Shown here piece after piece: positions 12,521 to 25,760 of a stretch of DNA of 64,000 bases. Position numbers and translations under genes: made by a program. The stretch is from NCBI RefSeq assembly GCF_006345805.1, contig NC_043011.1:42730464-42794463 (forward strand), in the 5' to 3' direction. The DNA comes from Octopus sinensis. Lineage: Eukaryota. Numbering within the stretch: position 1 is the stretch's first letter; every line of letters starts with the position of its first letter. The notes below the pieces were generated by a model, which made no database searches, was not told the DNA's origin, and was given only the letters and a program-made list of their open reading frames with translations.

Positions 12521-13069
12521 AGAGATTTGACTGTTATTTCTAATATATCGGATGACCATGTGAAGGCTCCTTGGACAGTTTACTGCTATTAATAATGGAT
12601 AGATACGGTACGCTGTTGTAGTTCACTGCCGTCGCTGTCGGTTGAGTCGATCGTTCCTGTCCGTTCACTTAAAAGGTAATTGGCAATGGCGACTTTAGCA
12701 TGGCTGGATGATTCGAATATCAAATTTCGTTTGTAAAACTTCCAGTAGAATGAACACATTTGTCTTTCTGTTGAGGGCAATCGGTATTTCGTTTTTATTT
12801 TATTTTTTTTTGGAGGTGGCCTATATGACCATCTCTTTTGAGATTTTTATGTAATACTGTCGGATGATATATTATATTTTTTTTTATCACTCGGTGTAAC
12901 AACTCTACTCTCAGTGTGTGTTTTGTTTATCATCTTTGTAATGTCCCTCCTTTGTTGAGATCAAATAAAGTAACAACAACAAAAACAATACATCAGAAGC
13001 AACAACATCACAATTTACGACGTTAGCAACATCAACAGCAGCAGCAACCGGAAGAAGAGGAAGAAGAGG

Positions 13070-13185
13070 ACCACCACCACCACCACCACCACCACCACCA
13101 CCACCACCACCACCGCCACCACCACCACCACACCACCACCACCACCGCCACCGCCACCACCATCACCACCACCACCACCACAACC

Positions 13186-13215
<30 letters not shown>
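13070..13215. repeat. (CAC)n-(CAA)n compound microsatellite
   Basis: Direct reading. Confidence 0.95.
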
Positions 13216-13216
<1 letters not shown>

Positions 13217-13219
13217 CCA

Positions 13220-14140
13220 GCAAAGTATCATGATTAAATGATGGTAAGAAAAGCTTTTACATGGCAAATATTGGAATAAGCTAAACAGAAAAGAAATAGA
13301 CAAAGTAAACTCCCAACAATGGCTGAGAAGTTGAGGACTGAAAGTAGAAACTGAAAGATTTTTAATTGCAAGCACAAGATCAAAGCCTTCCCACCAGAAA
13401 TTACCAAAAAACACATAGTACAAAAAAAGAAAAAAAAAAGAAATACAAGTAACTGCAGAATATGTGGAGATGGAGAATAAACATTAACTTATATTGTCTC
13501 TAACTCCCCAGTCCTGTCTAAGAAGGAATATATACACAGACATCACAGAGTTTGGACCAATATACACCGGAAGCTATGCCAACACCATGGATTGATAACA
13601 GAAAAAACATGGTATAAGCACACCCCAGAAAAGGTTTCAGAAAATGACAAAGCAACCATACTCTGGAGTATGCCAATACACACAGATAGAGGAATCAAGG
13701 CTAATAGACCGGATATAGTTGTCAGAGATCACCAAGAAAAATGCCTTCTAATCGATATATCAATACAAAGAGATGACAATGTATCTCTAAAAGAAGCGGA
13801 GAAACTCTCAAATTACAAAGATCTCGGAATAGAGGTAACTCGATTATGGAGCCTAAAAGCAGAAACAATTCCTTTAATAATAGATGCATTAGGAATGATT
13901 AATAAACATTCAGGCAAATACATAACCAAAACTCCAGGACTTACGAATGTATATAACATACAGAAAATAGCATATCCTACGTAAAGCACTTTCAATACAG
14001 TGAAAATAATAGCTCCACAACAAACTACCGCATATACCCAAGGCACAGAGAGCTGCATATACCCAAGGCACAGAGAGCTGCATATACCCAAGGCACAGAG
14101 GTAGTGCAGTGAAAGCACGTGATAAAAATATGACAACTGA
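13220..14140 (+). mobile_element. R4/Dong-like non-LTR retrotransposon 3' part: CCHC knuckle + restriction-like endonuclease + 3' UTR (pseudogenised)
   Basis: ...HGKYW...SQQWL..GLKVETERFLIA..QDQSLPTRNY; CRICG; ORF 13592-13984 has LWSMPIHTDRGIKANRPDIVV...LIDISI...EKLSNYKDL (PD-(D/E)xK RLE). Confidence 0.9.
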
Positions 14141-14151
14141 ACAATAATATT

Positions 14152-14553
14152 AGCGCAGGAGTGGCTGTGTGGTAAGTAGCTTGCTTACCAACCACATTAT
14201 TCCGGGTTCAATCCCACTGCGTGGCACCTTGGGCAAGTGTCTTCTACTATAGCCTCGGGCCGACCAAAGCCTTGTGAATGAATTTAATAGACGGAAACTG
14301 AAAGAAGCCTGTCGTATATATGTATATGTATATATGTGTATAGGTTTGTGTGTCTGTTAGTCCTCCACAACATCGCTTGACAACCGATGCTGATGTGTTT
14401 GTCCCCGTAACTTAGCGGTTCGGCAAAAGAGACCGATAGAATAAGTACTATGCTTACAAAGAATAAGTCGTGGAGTCGATTTGCTCGACTAAAGGCGGTG
14501 CTCCAGCATGGCCGCAGTCAAATAATTGAAACAAGCAAAAGAGTAAAAGAGAA
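14152..14553 (+). mobile_element. Family B tRNA-derived CORE-like SINE
   Basis: A box TGGCTGTGTGG, B box GGGTTCAATCCC, CCTTGGGCAAGTGTCTT core, internal (TA/TG)n, tail (GTAAAAGA)n. Confidence 0.85.
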
Positions 14554-14959
14554 TAATAATAAAAGCATAATCTGTGAGGAGGTTATGGTTTTTCTATTTG
14601 AACGCTATGCAGGAGGGGAAAAAACAAAAGCTTTTGTAGGGCGAATAGATTCAGAAGAGTCAACGGTCATCCAAATAATATTAGTATTATTGCTGATGAC
14701 GCCATGGTTACTAGCATATCTAACTTCGTATACTCTGCTTACTGGTTCATAATAGTAGCAATAACGATAACGTGTACCTTGAAACCAAAGGCAACAGAGG
14801 ACTCCGTTTCGGGACAAGATCAGCCATAAAAGAAGAGTCACTTTAACATTGGCAGGTAGACTCATAGAGATGGTGCCTCGAGAAAAACATGCGTGGTTGT
14901 GACATCTTAACACTACAGTTCTCTTTATGAGTGAAATGCCAGATAGAAAGTATTATCAC

Positions 14960-15850
14960 AACTGCGTTAATGAGACCGAATCTCCAACTATAGCTTTCTC
15001 GCACTTTAAGTGTCTTACTATGCAGCAGAGCAGGCCTGACCATTATTCAACAAATACAGCAAAGATTAAGAGAAGATGATGTATAAACGTCAATAAGGCA
15101 GAGATGGAATGTTACTATAGAAGCGAGCCTGCCAAAGTATGATACAGGAAACACAGAACAAAGACTTCTAGAACGGAAAAATTTCATCGTGAAAAGACAG
15201 TTGCCGTTTCAGTTGAAAGAGTGAACGATGAAAAGCATGGTCACGTTCAAGAAGAGGAGGAGGAGGAAAACAAGAAACAACATGGAAACCAATAAATTAT
15301 CGGAAGAGACATAATAGCCAGAATGAAAACTAGTTTTATTTCGTTGAAGGAAAGAACGTTACTGAGGATGAAAAGAGTTTACTACAACAGTTAAATGAGA
15401 TACAAACAAGTGAAAGAAGTATACTACCAGCTTTAAGAAGAATTGAAAGAGAAAAACTACTTTGTAAAGAAGCTGGATACGCAGTTAGTGAAAATTAATG
15501 CTGAAAATATAACACATCTGAACGACTTCATGTTCTGCACAACCTCTTTTGCTGCAGAAATTCTCGGAGTTAAGAGTGAAGGAAAGCAAATGATAAAGAG
15601 CCGTGGTGAAAATGGAGACTTTAGAATATTAGAAGGATGGATGAAATAATTGAATAACTGAAGGAATGGTAGGAAAACGGGAACCAAAGAAAGTAAATTA
15701 AACACAGGATTCACAGAGAATTATTGGTTTGCTAAAGAAGAGATAGAGAAAAGATCAAGGCAATATAAGGTAAAAATTGGAGACCAACAAAGAGTAAATG
15801 TATATCAGCAGAACAGGCCATACAATTAAGAGAAAGTTGTGTGTGATATT
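14960..15850 (+). mobile_element. R4/Dong-like LINE N-terminal region, decayed
   Basis: VNKAEMECYYRSEP..YRK; INAENITHLNDFMFCTTSFAAEILGVK; EPWWKWRL; YQQNR, all motifs of the pre-RT region of R4-clade ORFs; many frameshifts. Confidence 0.7.
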
Positions 15851-16086
15851 CATAACGTATATGCAAATGTGGAGCGGCGTTAGCTTTAATATTTAGTTTG
15901 TGCGAAACTTCTCGGGAAGACTTGCTCAGGATGTTGTCGTTGGTCTCCTCAGTCACGTAAGGTTCGGACATTCTGAGCTAAGTTCTTCTATTTTTTTAAT
16001 GCACAAGTCAATTGGAGTTTCTCTGAGACAAAATATCACAGCAAGTAATAATAATAATAATAATGATGATAATAATAATAATAATA

Positions 16087-16136
<50 letters not shown>

Positions 16137-16159
16137 AATAATAATGATAGAAGTGTTAT

Positions 16160-16650
16160 CATGTACATTGTTTTGTCTTGGTATAAAAGATGGGCTACAG
16201 CAAATATTCTGCTCAATACCACAGTTTTGCTTGTCAGTTGTTTGACCATAACCAGTTGAGCATGTCCCTTAGTGGCTGACGAAATGCGCATCTCTGATCA
16301 CGAGCAGAAGTAGTGGGGGAGCGTCATAGCCATGTATTGAGAGGAATTCTTGTGGGTTTCAATAATTCACCTTTGGAAACATGGGTGTTTCGTTCAACAT
16401 CCTTAAACAACTCTTTCTCAGGGACCTTTTGGGTGGGACGGGCTACTCGACCAGAAGAAAACTCTAACTGGGCCCCACCTGCAAGGCCATGTGCTGTTTA
16501 TCTTGATATGAAATCACTATGTTACGCACATATGGTTGTGATGCATGTGCCTGGTGTATCCTTATCAGACGGGTAGTCATGATGGGTATACTGGGCTTCG
16601 TATTATTTACCCCAGTGTCACTTTGATGGCATGCACTGCTCTCTCACTCA
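16160..16650 (-). repeat. Unclassified dispersed repeat (related copies 3250-3540 and 20270-20570 on +)
   Basis: Shared segment CCACTAC(T)CCTGCTC(G/A)TGATCAGA..TGC.CAT...CAGCCACTAA.GGACATGCTCAA.TGGTTA.GGTCAA.CAA.TGACAAGCA...TGGTATTGAGCAGAATATT. Confidence 0.7.
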
Positions 16651-16668
16651 ATAATAATAATGATGATG

Positions 16669-16710
<42 letters not shown>

Positions 16711-16744
16711 TAATAATAATAATCAAAATAATAATAATAATCAA

Positions 16745-16781
<37 letters not shown>

Positions 16782-17026
16782 TAGAAACAATCCCTATCAT
16801 ATTCAGACAAATACATAACAAAAACACCAGGACTTACAAACACATATAACATACAGAAAATTGCACTACTAGGCACTGCACACATCCTACGCAGAACACT
16901 TTCCATACAATAACCATCAGAGCATCACAACAAATCACAGCACATACCCAAGGCACACAGAGCTGCGCTCGGTAGTGAAGTGAAAGCACGCTATAAAAAT
17001 AAAACTACTGAATGATAATAATAATA

Positions 17027-17067
<41 letters not shown>

Positions 17068-17100
17068 GTAGTAGTAATAATAATAATAATAAAATAATAT

Positions 17101-17146
<46 letters not shown>

Positions 17147-17217
17147 GTAATAATAATAATATAATAATAATAATAATAATAATAATGATAATAATAATAA
17201 TAATAATAGTAATAATA

Positions 17218-17298
<81 letters not shown>
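16650..17298. repeat. (AAT)n microsatellite, interrupted by the LINE tip at 16783-17013
   Basis: Direct reading. Confidence 0.95.
16783..17013 (+). mobile_element. R4/Dong-like LINE 3' tip embedded in (AAT)n
   Basis: YSDKYITKTPGLTNTYNIQKIALLGTAHILRRTLSIQ* plus a 3' UTR homologous to 13920-14140. Confidence 0.9.
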
Positions 17299-17299
<1 letters not shown>

Positions 17300-18120
17300 C
17301 AGTATGGTATGCTGATAATACAAAAAAGGTAAAGTATTGTCGTCTGATTGGGTAGAGCTATCCAAAGGCGAGAAAATCAAGGATATTGAGACTAATGGAT
17401 ATAAATATCTGGAGATCATAGAGTACGAGAAAACCAAGGAAAGTGAAATGAAGGAAAGCTTTTGGCGAGAATATTTCAGAAGAACCAGATTATGGGAAGT
17501 AGGATTAATTATGGAAAAAACAAGATCAGGCAATGAACACATGGACTGTTTCCTTCATGCGATATGGCGCAGGTGTTGTTAAGTGGACAAAGAGAGAGCT
17601 TGAGGAAATGGATAGGAAAACGAGAACACTGAAGACAATTAAGAAGAAACTGCATCACAAAAGCGATACTGATAGACTATATGTGCCTAAGAAGTGGAGA
17701 AGAAGAGACCTCATGGGATGCAAGATCTGTGTTGTCAACGGGAGGAACAGGCTGGGATGGTACATCAAACAGCAGAATGAATCATTGCTTGCCGCTGTTA
17801 GAATTAACAATATAAATACCAACTGAAAATGTGATACACCCACAAAAATTAAGAAGCAAGATGAAGATGAAAGAGTAAACAGCTGGAGAATGAAACTACT
17901 GCATGGGCAATACTTCAGAGAAATCGAAGGAAAAGACAAGATCAACAGATGGAGATGGTTAAGAAAAAGTGATCTGAAAGGATGCACTGAAGCATTGATA
18001 TGCAGCGCCCAGGAACAGGCTCTGAGAACTAATTACACCAAGTTTCAAATAGATAAGAGAAGCGAATCGCTCCTTTGTAAGATATGTGAAAGCAGAAACG
18101 AAACAATCTCACAAACAATC
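17298..18120 (+). mobile_element. R4/Dong-like LINE fragment: RT domain 7/thumb to zinc knuckle
   Basis: GYKYLEI; MNTWTVSFMRYGAGVVKWT..ELEEMDRKTR; DTDRLYVP; LHGQYFRE; W.WLRKSDLKGCTEALICSAQEQALRTNY; LCKIC..ETI. Confidence 0.9.
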
Positions 18121-18632
18121 CTTTGGCCAGGAAGAGCAGGCAATTTTACTGTTTGATGACAATAGCAAAAGAGGCTGTATGATGGGGCAGGTTGAAAGGA
18201 GTGAAGACAGACATTTCTCTCTTCGGCCAATGTCTCATCAACTTTTTCAAATTTCTCTTGGAAAGGAAGATGAGGGTACAGAGAGAAGTGCTGCCCCCAC
18301 TAGTAAATTTGCTAAAAGGTGGGTGGACGTAGCAAAAAAAGGCCCGTGTGAGTGGATCTACTCAAATAATGCGCCTGTAGGCTAGTGAATTTGAGAGGGA
18401 GAAGGGTGCCCTTCCCGGATGTCCTCGAAGCGGCGAGTGGTTCAGGATTAGTGGGATACCTGATCCAACCCCAGGTGGTTACACCCCTATTGGGGAATTT
18501 TCATTGTTGTATTCTTATTGCTTGATATTATTATTATTGTTTTAATTGTGTACTCGTTGTTTTGTGTAAAATCCCCACTGTCTACTACTGTATTGTCCCC
18601 TATATGTCGGCCCTGGTAGCCAATAAATGAAA
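18121..18632 (+). mobile_element. Older, diverged Tx1/L1-clade LINE 3' end followed by (TAA)n
   Basis: Frameshifted CLMTIAKEAV*WGRLKGVKTDISLFGQCLINFFKFLLERKMRVQREVLP..KFAKRWVDVAK aligns to the 30637-31262 ORF; AATAAA at 18622-18627. Confidence 0.8.
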
Positions 18633-18646
18633 TAATAATAATAATG

Positions 18647-18699
<53 letters not shown>

Positions 18700-19363
18700 T
18701 ATTATTATTATTATTATTCCACTGTTGCCAACAACAACGAAATCTAATCAATTTTTAACTGATTAATGAGCTGTTCAGATATTATAAAAATATGGCAAGT
18801 GGACTTGTAGTGGCTATTGTAATTTGTGGGGAAAAACACATTGAAACAGTAAAAGCGTAAATATTTTATGTTCTTGAAATGGATTTTATTACGAGTCCTC
18901 TCGTATTAGACAGAAATTTTCTGCTGAAGTAAAACATGATTTACCCTCCACCCTTTCACAACAAAATAAGATGAAAAATTTTTTTAAAAACTATGATTTT
19001 TTTATAATGTAAATATAATAAAAAGATAACTATCCTTTCTCTCTTTAAAAAAATCTCCATTTATTATGTCAAGATGTACCTAGGGAGTATCTAACATATC
19101 TCTTCTCTTGTTTCAACTGGAGTTCATTGGCGCCTAGCTTCCTACATATAAAATGTAATGCTAAAGTAATATAATTTCAGAAAACGAGAGAGAGAGAGAG
19201 ATAGAGATAGAGAGAGAGGAAGGTGAGAGGGAAGTAAAAGAGAAAGGAGAGCATAGTGAGAGAGAAGAGTGGATAATATCATATATTAATGCACATAATA
19301 ACACAATATATCACGCTGTACATCAATATACAAAACGCATCATACTGAAATGTATTACATACA

Positions 19364-19364
<1 letters not shown>

Positions 19365-19417
<53 letters not shown>

Positions 19418-19481
19418 TGTATGTAATACATTTCAGTATGATGCGTTACATCATACATATACATGATGCGTTACATCATAC

Positions 19482-19551
<70 letters not shown>

Positions 19552-19559
19552 GTATATAC

Positions 19560-19644
<85 letters not shown>

Positions 19645-19714
19645 TACATACACACATACATATGTATATGTATGTATGTATGCTTGCAAGGATGCATGTA
19701 TGTATGTATTTTTG

Positions 19715-19760
<46 letters not shown>
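19365..19760. repeat. (AT)n / (TATG)n / (TATC)n compound microsatellite
   Basis: Direct reading. Confidence 0.95.
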
Positions 19761-19763
<3 letters not shown>

Positions 19764-20813
19764 GTATTTATACTTATACACAGGGTTTCTCAAGAGTATA
19801 TGCGCACATTGAATAATCATAAGGTCAGTGTTCAAAAAAGCGATTTCATTTTCAAAATTTGATAAAATCTACAGACAGAATTTATTTTTTTATGAACACC
19901 TGTTTTAAATCTGGTGACAATTCTGACCCAGGAACTTCTGATAACATAAAGCAAAGGAATCGTAAAAATCAAGAAACATCCTTTTTTCAATGGCCACTCA
20001 CTTCGTCAAGATGTGCCGGATTTATGTAGTAAACTGTCTTTTAAATATCCGTGTAAAAATGTCTCGTTGTGTATGTCCGATGAAGCAAGTGGGTTGGATG
20101 AAGATCGTCCAAAACATCTGTTTGGCAAAATCACATGAAGTTAGGCCCTTACATTACTATGGTAGTGTGGGAGTACTCCAGTTTGCAGGAAATAAATTCT
20201 AAATCTTCAAAGTCCTCTTGAATGCTTGGCACAGCAGATTAAACGATGTAAAATTGAGTAGAATCTGTTATTTCCTATTTGATTATCCCTAGAAAGCATG
20301 AGAAATGGCTAATATTTCCTGCAAACTTAGATGTTATAGCGATATTTATTCAAATCCACCAAATCCCTCTCAACACATGGCTTTGATACTCCCCCACTAC
20401 GTCTGCTCATGATCAGAAATGCACATATCTTCAGCCACTAAAGGACATGCTCAAGTGGTTAAGGTCAAGCAAGTGATAAGCAGATCTATGGTATTAAGCA
20501 GAATATTTTATATGGCGATATTTCTGCTTTAGCAACTCAGCGCTACAGCTGTCTGAAATGTAATGGAAACTAAGTCTTCTGGAACGTTTCTTATGGGCAC
20601 GCTGAACATTTCCATCAGCATCAAATTTATCTTTAATTCAAGTTAAGTCACATTAGTGGATCTATTTGAAACTCCTTTCTAAACTGTCTTTGCTTTGACT
20701 GCATTTTCAAACATCTAGTAGCCCTTTACGATAACTTTTCTACGCTCAAAGCTTATTCTGGTTCTCTTTCTTATTTCTCACCGGTTAAATCTAAAAAGAA
20801 TATATATATATAT

Positions 20814-20881
<68 letters not shown>

Positions 20882-21459
20882 CTAAATATAAATATATGCA
20901 CACAAATACACACACGTAAGTGTGTGTGCGTCTGTGTATGTTTTAGAGTTTGTGTGCGTTGTAAATGAGAAACCTTTTAATATAGATGCTCGGCCAACAC
21001 GAAACAGTAGCCAGATCTTTCTCAATCCATACCCTAATGTCTTAAAAAAGAAAGACCGAATTATATTACGTAGTTTTTAGATATTAAGCATAAAGTATAT
21101 TAGCCATCACTTAGCAATATTATATATCCAATCACCGAAGAGTCTCCAAGTGTTTGCACAGCCTGTTTAAACTGACAATGATATATCCTTTTAAAATCTA
21201 CCTCTTCTCTCTCTATTTTCTTAAAAATAGATGAATACACGGAATAAGATAATCAGAAATTAGATTTTAAAAAGAAAGCAAATAAAGATTATTATGGCTT
21301 AATATCGTTTTAATGTTTACATTCGCTGCAAATAATTATGTTTTCATCATGTATGAAGGTTAATAGATATCCACAAAAGCCAAATTTATACTGCAAGAGA
21401 AATATTGCAAACCCTCTAAAAATGTATTTTCGCAAATACTTAGTGAGATTTACATTATA

Positions 21460-22021
21460 TTGGATTGTCCGGAAAGTTCGTGCCGATTTATAGTAGCTTA
21501 CCTTTCGACTTATTTTAGAACATGGTTCAGTCCATAAAATAGGAATTGACTACACCTTAGAGCACAGTTTAAGCTATCTTTTCGTGGAAGAAGGTTTCTG
21601 TTCCTATAACATGTGTTAATTCTGTAACCCTTTAAAATAGAAGATAAAAAAAGTTCATATTCGGCATTTGATGCTTTGGGAACCAGACAAAAATTGCTGC
21701 AGCTCGGCTGGGATGTGTTACCCCACCCTCCATATCCACCAGATATTGCTCCTTCGGATTTCCCCTTATTCAGGTCTCTGCAGAATAGTCTTAATGGTAA
21801 ACATTTCAATTTCTTGGATGACGTAAAAAGATACCTTGATGAATTCTTTGCCATGAAGCCACCTCAATTCTGGGAAGAGGGTATTTTCAAGTTAAAGGAA
21901 AGATGGGGACACATTGTGCAACGAAATGGTTCATATTTGGTTGATTAAAAATGTAAAGGCAAGTATTTATTGACCTTTTTCTTTCCTTTAAAAATCGGCA
22001 CGAACTTTCCGGACAACTCAA
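21460..22021 (+). mobile_element. Internally deleted mariner element with both TIRs and TA TSD
   Basis: ~28-bp TIRs sharing TTGTCCGGAAAGTTCGTGCCGATTT; TA at 21458-59 and 22022-23. N-terminal EDKK(V)HIRHLMLWE is fused to TRQKLLQLGWDVLPHPPYPPDIAPSDFPLFRSLQNSL...RW..IVQRNGSYLVD*. Confidence 0.95.
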
Positions 22022-22097
22022 TAATATACCTTAAAGAAACGATAGAAGTAACACTAGCTATAGCAAAAGTAACATAAGTGATAAGTACACGGAGTAC

Positions 22098-22321
22098 CTT
22101 TTTATTTTTTTTGTTTGTTTGACTGCGGTCATGCTGGGGCACTGCCTTGAAGAAAAATTTTTTAAGTCGAATGAATCGACCCAGTACTCTTTTAAAGCCG
22201 GTTACTTGATCTATCGGTGCCTTTTGTCAAACCACTATGTAACGGTTACGTTAACACAACAGCACCGGTTGTCAAGCGGTGTGGGTGAAAAACACACACA
22301 CAAACACACACACAAACAGAC

Positions 22322-22373
<52 letters not shown>

Positions 22374-22510
22374 CACAACGGGCTTTCAGTTTCCGTCTAC
22401 CACATCAACTCACAAGAAGACACTCGCCCAAGGTGTCACGTTGTGGGACTGAACCCTTTACTATGTGGTCGGGAAGCAAGCTTCTTACTACACAGCCACT
22501 TCTGTGCCTA
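22098..22510 (-). mobile_element. Family B SINE with internal (CA)n
   Basis: Homology to 14152-14553. Confidence 0.8.
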
Positions 22511-22925
22511 TCGTTATTATTTCCATTTCCAGCATCACACGGGAGAAAAACATGCACTAAAAATCTACCAGAAATGTAAATAAAATGTATATCACACATA
22601 TATACACACAAACAAACTCAAACATATACACACTCACATACAGACACAGACACAGACATACACACACAAATTAAAAACACAAATGCATTGAAGGACATGA
22701 AATACCTTTATGGGACTGAAAGATCTCATCATCGAACACAAAATTTACGCAACAATAGTTGAAAAACATTTTTTACAACCACCATTTAATATTTGTAGCT
22801 ACACTCATATCAGGTTAGTTTGATCTTATCGCAACAGAGGAAGCTTTACGACACTGTTCCGTGAAAGTAAGATCAACGAAAAAGTACTTCATCTGGTGGG
22901 AAAGATAAATATTGCCTAATGAACA

Positions 22926-23165
22926 CAGTATATATTTTTATAAGCTACTAACAGTTTCCTGCAATGAAAACGACACAGACAACATTTTATAACATGTCTG
23001 GTGCCCTTATTAATCTTCAGGCTGTGCTCACATGGCATGTTTTAGCTTGTGTATGCCATGTGAGCACAGCTTAAAGATTGTATAAAAGCACCAGACGTGT
23101 TATAATATGCTGTCTCTGTCATTTACATTGTATGAAACTGTTATAGCTAATAAAAATATATACTG
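22926..23165. mobile_element. Palindromic (foldback) MITE-like element
   Basis: ~110-bp imperfect arms; perfect 18-bp inner stem GCTGTGCTCACATGGCAT (23021-23038 / 23053-23070), 14-nt loop. Confidence 0.8.
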
Positions 23166-23389
23166 AGCTCATTAAACTATGTGTGTGTGTGTGTATGTAC
23201 GTATATATAGTATAATAGAATATCATCACCAATTTAATCAGCTGTTCCACCAGGTTACAAACTTTAGCTACAAAACTAACTACATAACACTCATGAGGCT
23301 ATCATTATTCACACACAAACACATATACACATACACTCACACACACAGACACACACTCTCTCTCTCACACACACATACACACACTTTAA

Positions 23390-23424
<35 letters not shown>

Positions 23425-25519
23425 TCACACACACACCCATAAAAGATATAGTGAAGAAACAAAAATTACATGCAAACCTACAAAGTACGTTCACAGATAT
23501 CTAGATTGTCGAACAGAATGAAACAATAATGGTGTGTAAACAATGCATTAGACCCATAAAGGATGTTGCAAGCCTTGCCGAGGAGACAGGTCGATTACAT
23601 CAACCCCAGTACTTGACTGGTTCTGTTTTGCGTCTGTCGTGAAAGAATGAAAAGCAAAGCTGACCTTTAAAAGATTTGAACTCAGAACGTAACGAGCCGG
23701 AAGACAAACCATGATAAAATACAAATTGTACATAACAGTGCATGACCCATTCTGAAAGGCTGTACACAGACCACACGGATAGATCACCGTCATAACAAAA
23801 CTAATACACTAAAATTGAAAGATCTAGGCATGAGAAAAAAAGGCTCAGTTTGTTACTGCTACAAGGGAGCTACACTGTTGCTACAAGAGAGCCTCGGCGT
23901 GGTTGCTTGACTTGCTAGAAATAGCAACAAGTTTCTTTTCAGTCGTACCATACAGTCTTTAAATACCACATTGTAGCATTAGTTATATGAAACTTGAAAA
24001 ATGAGAAGAAAGGATTGTGATTATTGGAATGTCTTTTATCGTAGCACTGTTCAATCAGTACCACTCTGGGGTTAAACAACAAGACAGAGGCACACACTAT
24101 CTAATGTGGACGCCTCTACATCCATTTGACTTACTAGAAACAGATGCCAAAATAGACCCCAAATCACACTCCACCGCCTTAGAAAATAGGATACTGTATA
24201 TTGTCCCTGATATTCCATCAGAAAGACATGATGGTCATGGCTAGAATACTTTTGATCGTAAGTCTATCCTATCAAATTTGACATTTAGATAAGCAATAAT
24301 AACAAATATAGAAACAGTGTTTAGAGACTGAAATATTTTGTGACAGTTATACTGCTATGCCCCAAAACGATTCACCACTATATGCTAGATAATGCAGCAT
24401 GTTCCTTAGTAAAGTGGTACACTTTGTTTAACTGGAAAACTAGAACTGTGCGTCGTGTCTAGCTGTTTAGCAGTTTACATTGAATGCTATGAGAAAGCTG
24501 AGTAAGAGCCGACCTTTCTATAATAGCAGAGAATTGGAAGAGTGTTTAGTGTAGGAGATATTTGTCTCGGATGTCTGCACACTTAGTTCAAAAGCAGTCG
24601 AGATCAATTTTACCTTTCATTCTTTCGGGGTTGATCAGAGTGAACGATTAGCGGAATTGTCATAGCTTTGTACCAGTTGTCCCGGCTCTTTGCTTTTTAA
24701 ATTTCTGATAGTAGACATAATTCGTCGCCTTATTTACCACCACCACCTGGTCCATTGGTGGTTTTAGCAGAGTTTACTCTATTGCAAATATTTGAACCAC
24801 GTTTCTGATTTGAAAATCCCTTTCGCCGATCAGTCTTATCAACCGTAAGACAATATAGGGTTTCGGACGCTGCCCTTCCCTCTTTGACTAAATAGTAAAA
24901 ATACACAAGAACGACGGCAACAATGCCATTGCATCTTAGGTATTGTACATCATACAAAAGTTATACGTTATGACAATTTCTTTTGGCTACGCAGAAATTT
25001 AGAGTCAATGTTGTAGTGATGTAGATAAAATGATATCAACATACAGCTAGTACCTATGTTATTGACAGCAATTAAGGATAAATGGGTATTTACATCTCTG
25101 ATGTATTTGAATGTAGAAACCTAAACTGCCTGTTCGTGCTGGAAGACGTCAAATTCCTAATACATAAGATAGAGTTTATATGATTATATTACACTCGAAT
25201 AAATGGGGATGTTATATGTCACGGTTTACGACGGTTTATATCCGCATTAAAATTAATTCCGCATCCAACGAAGAAAAGAGTAATAACATGAAGACTAATA
25301 CACAATAAAGTCTTGCAACATTTCTCCTGCGTCTTGTCGTTTATTTCTTATATATAAAGCAGAAGCAAAAATATTAGTGGTTTTTAACCATCAACTTTAG
25401 AACAATGCTTCTCAAGCCGAGATTAAAGCAATATCATAAATATCAATTTCCACATTCTATTTATTCTATTGAACGAAATAATAATCGTTAGAATAATATC
25501 AATTAGAATCTACTTTTTA

Positions 25520-25760
25520 TTCCAGAGCATTCTTTGAAAATGCTTTGAGCTGCTACATGGGCATCGAAGACGTTATTTTACAGAGGATTACCAAGATGCT
25601 TGAAGATGAGATATTCGGTTGCGTAAAGGTCTTGGGAATAAGATGAGTGTGGTAATGTCCAATGAATTTCTGCAAATCTATTTGTGGAGCATATTGTCGA
25701 GGAATGTCACAGAGAAGAATTCTTTATTTTCGATTAACCAGTACTAGACGTAAACGTTGA
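25520..25760 (-). pseudogene. Old mariner transposase remnant
   Basis: LRLVLVNRK*RILLCD.. and PHSSYSQDLYATEYLIFKHL resemble the mariner motifs RPALVNRKGPILLHDN and PHPPYSPDLSPTDYHFFKHL. Confidence 0.7.

Noticed and set aside
12589-12780. Minus-strand 63-aa ORF / possible small exon at 12610-12670
   Set aside because: Weak splice signals on both strands and no recognisable homology
19777-20250. Possible Tc1-like transposase remnant (also 20580-20780 on minus)
   Set aside because: Only fragmentary motif resemblance (W.G.R...W..S....PL.Y); too decayed to support as a feature
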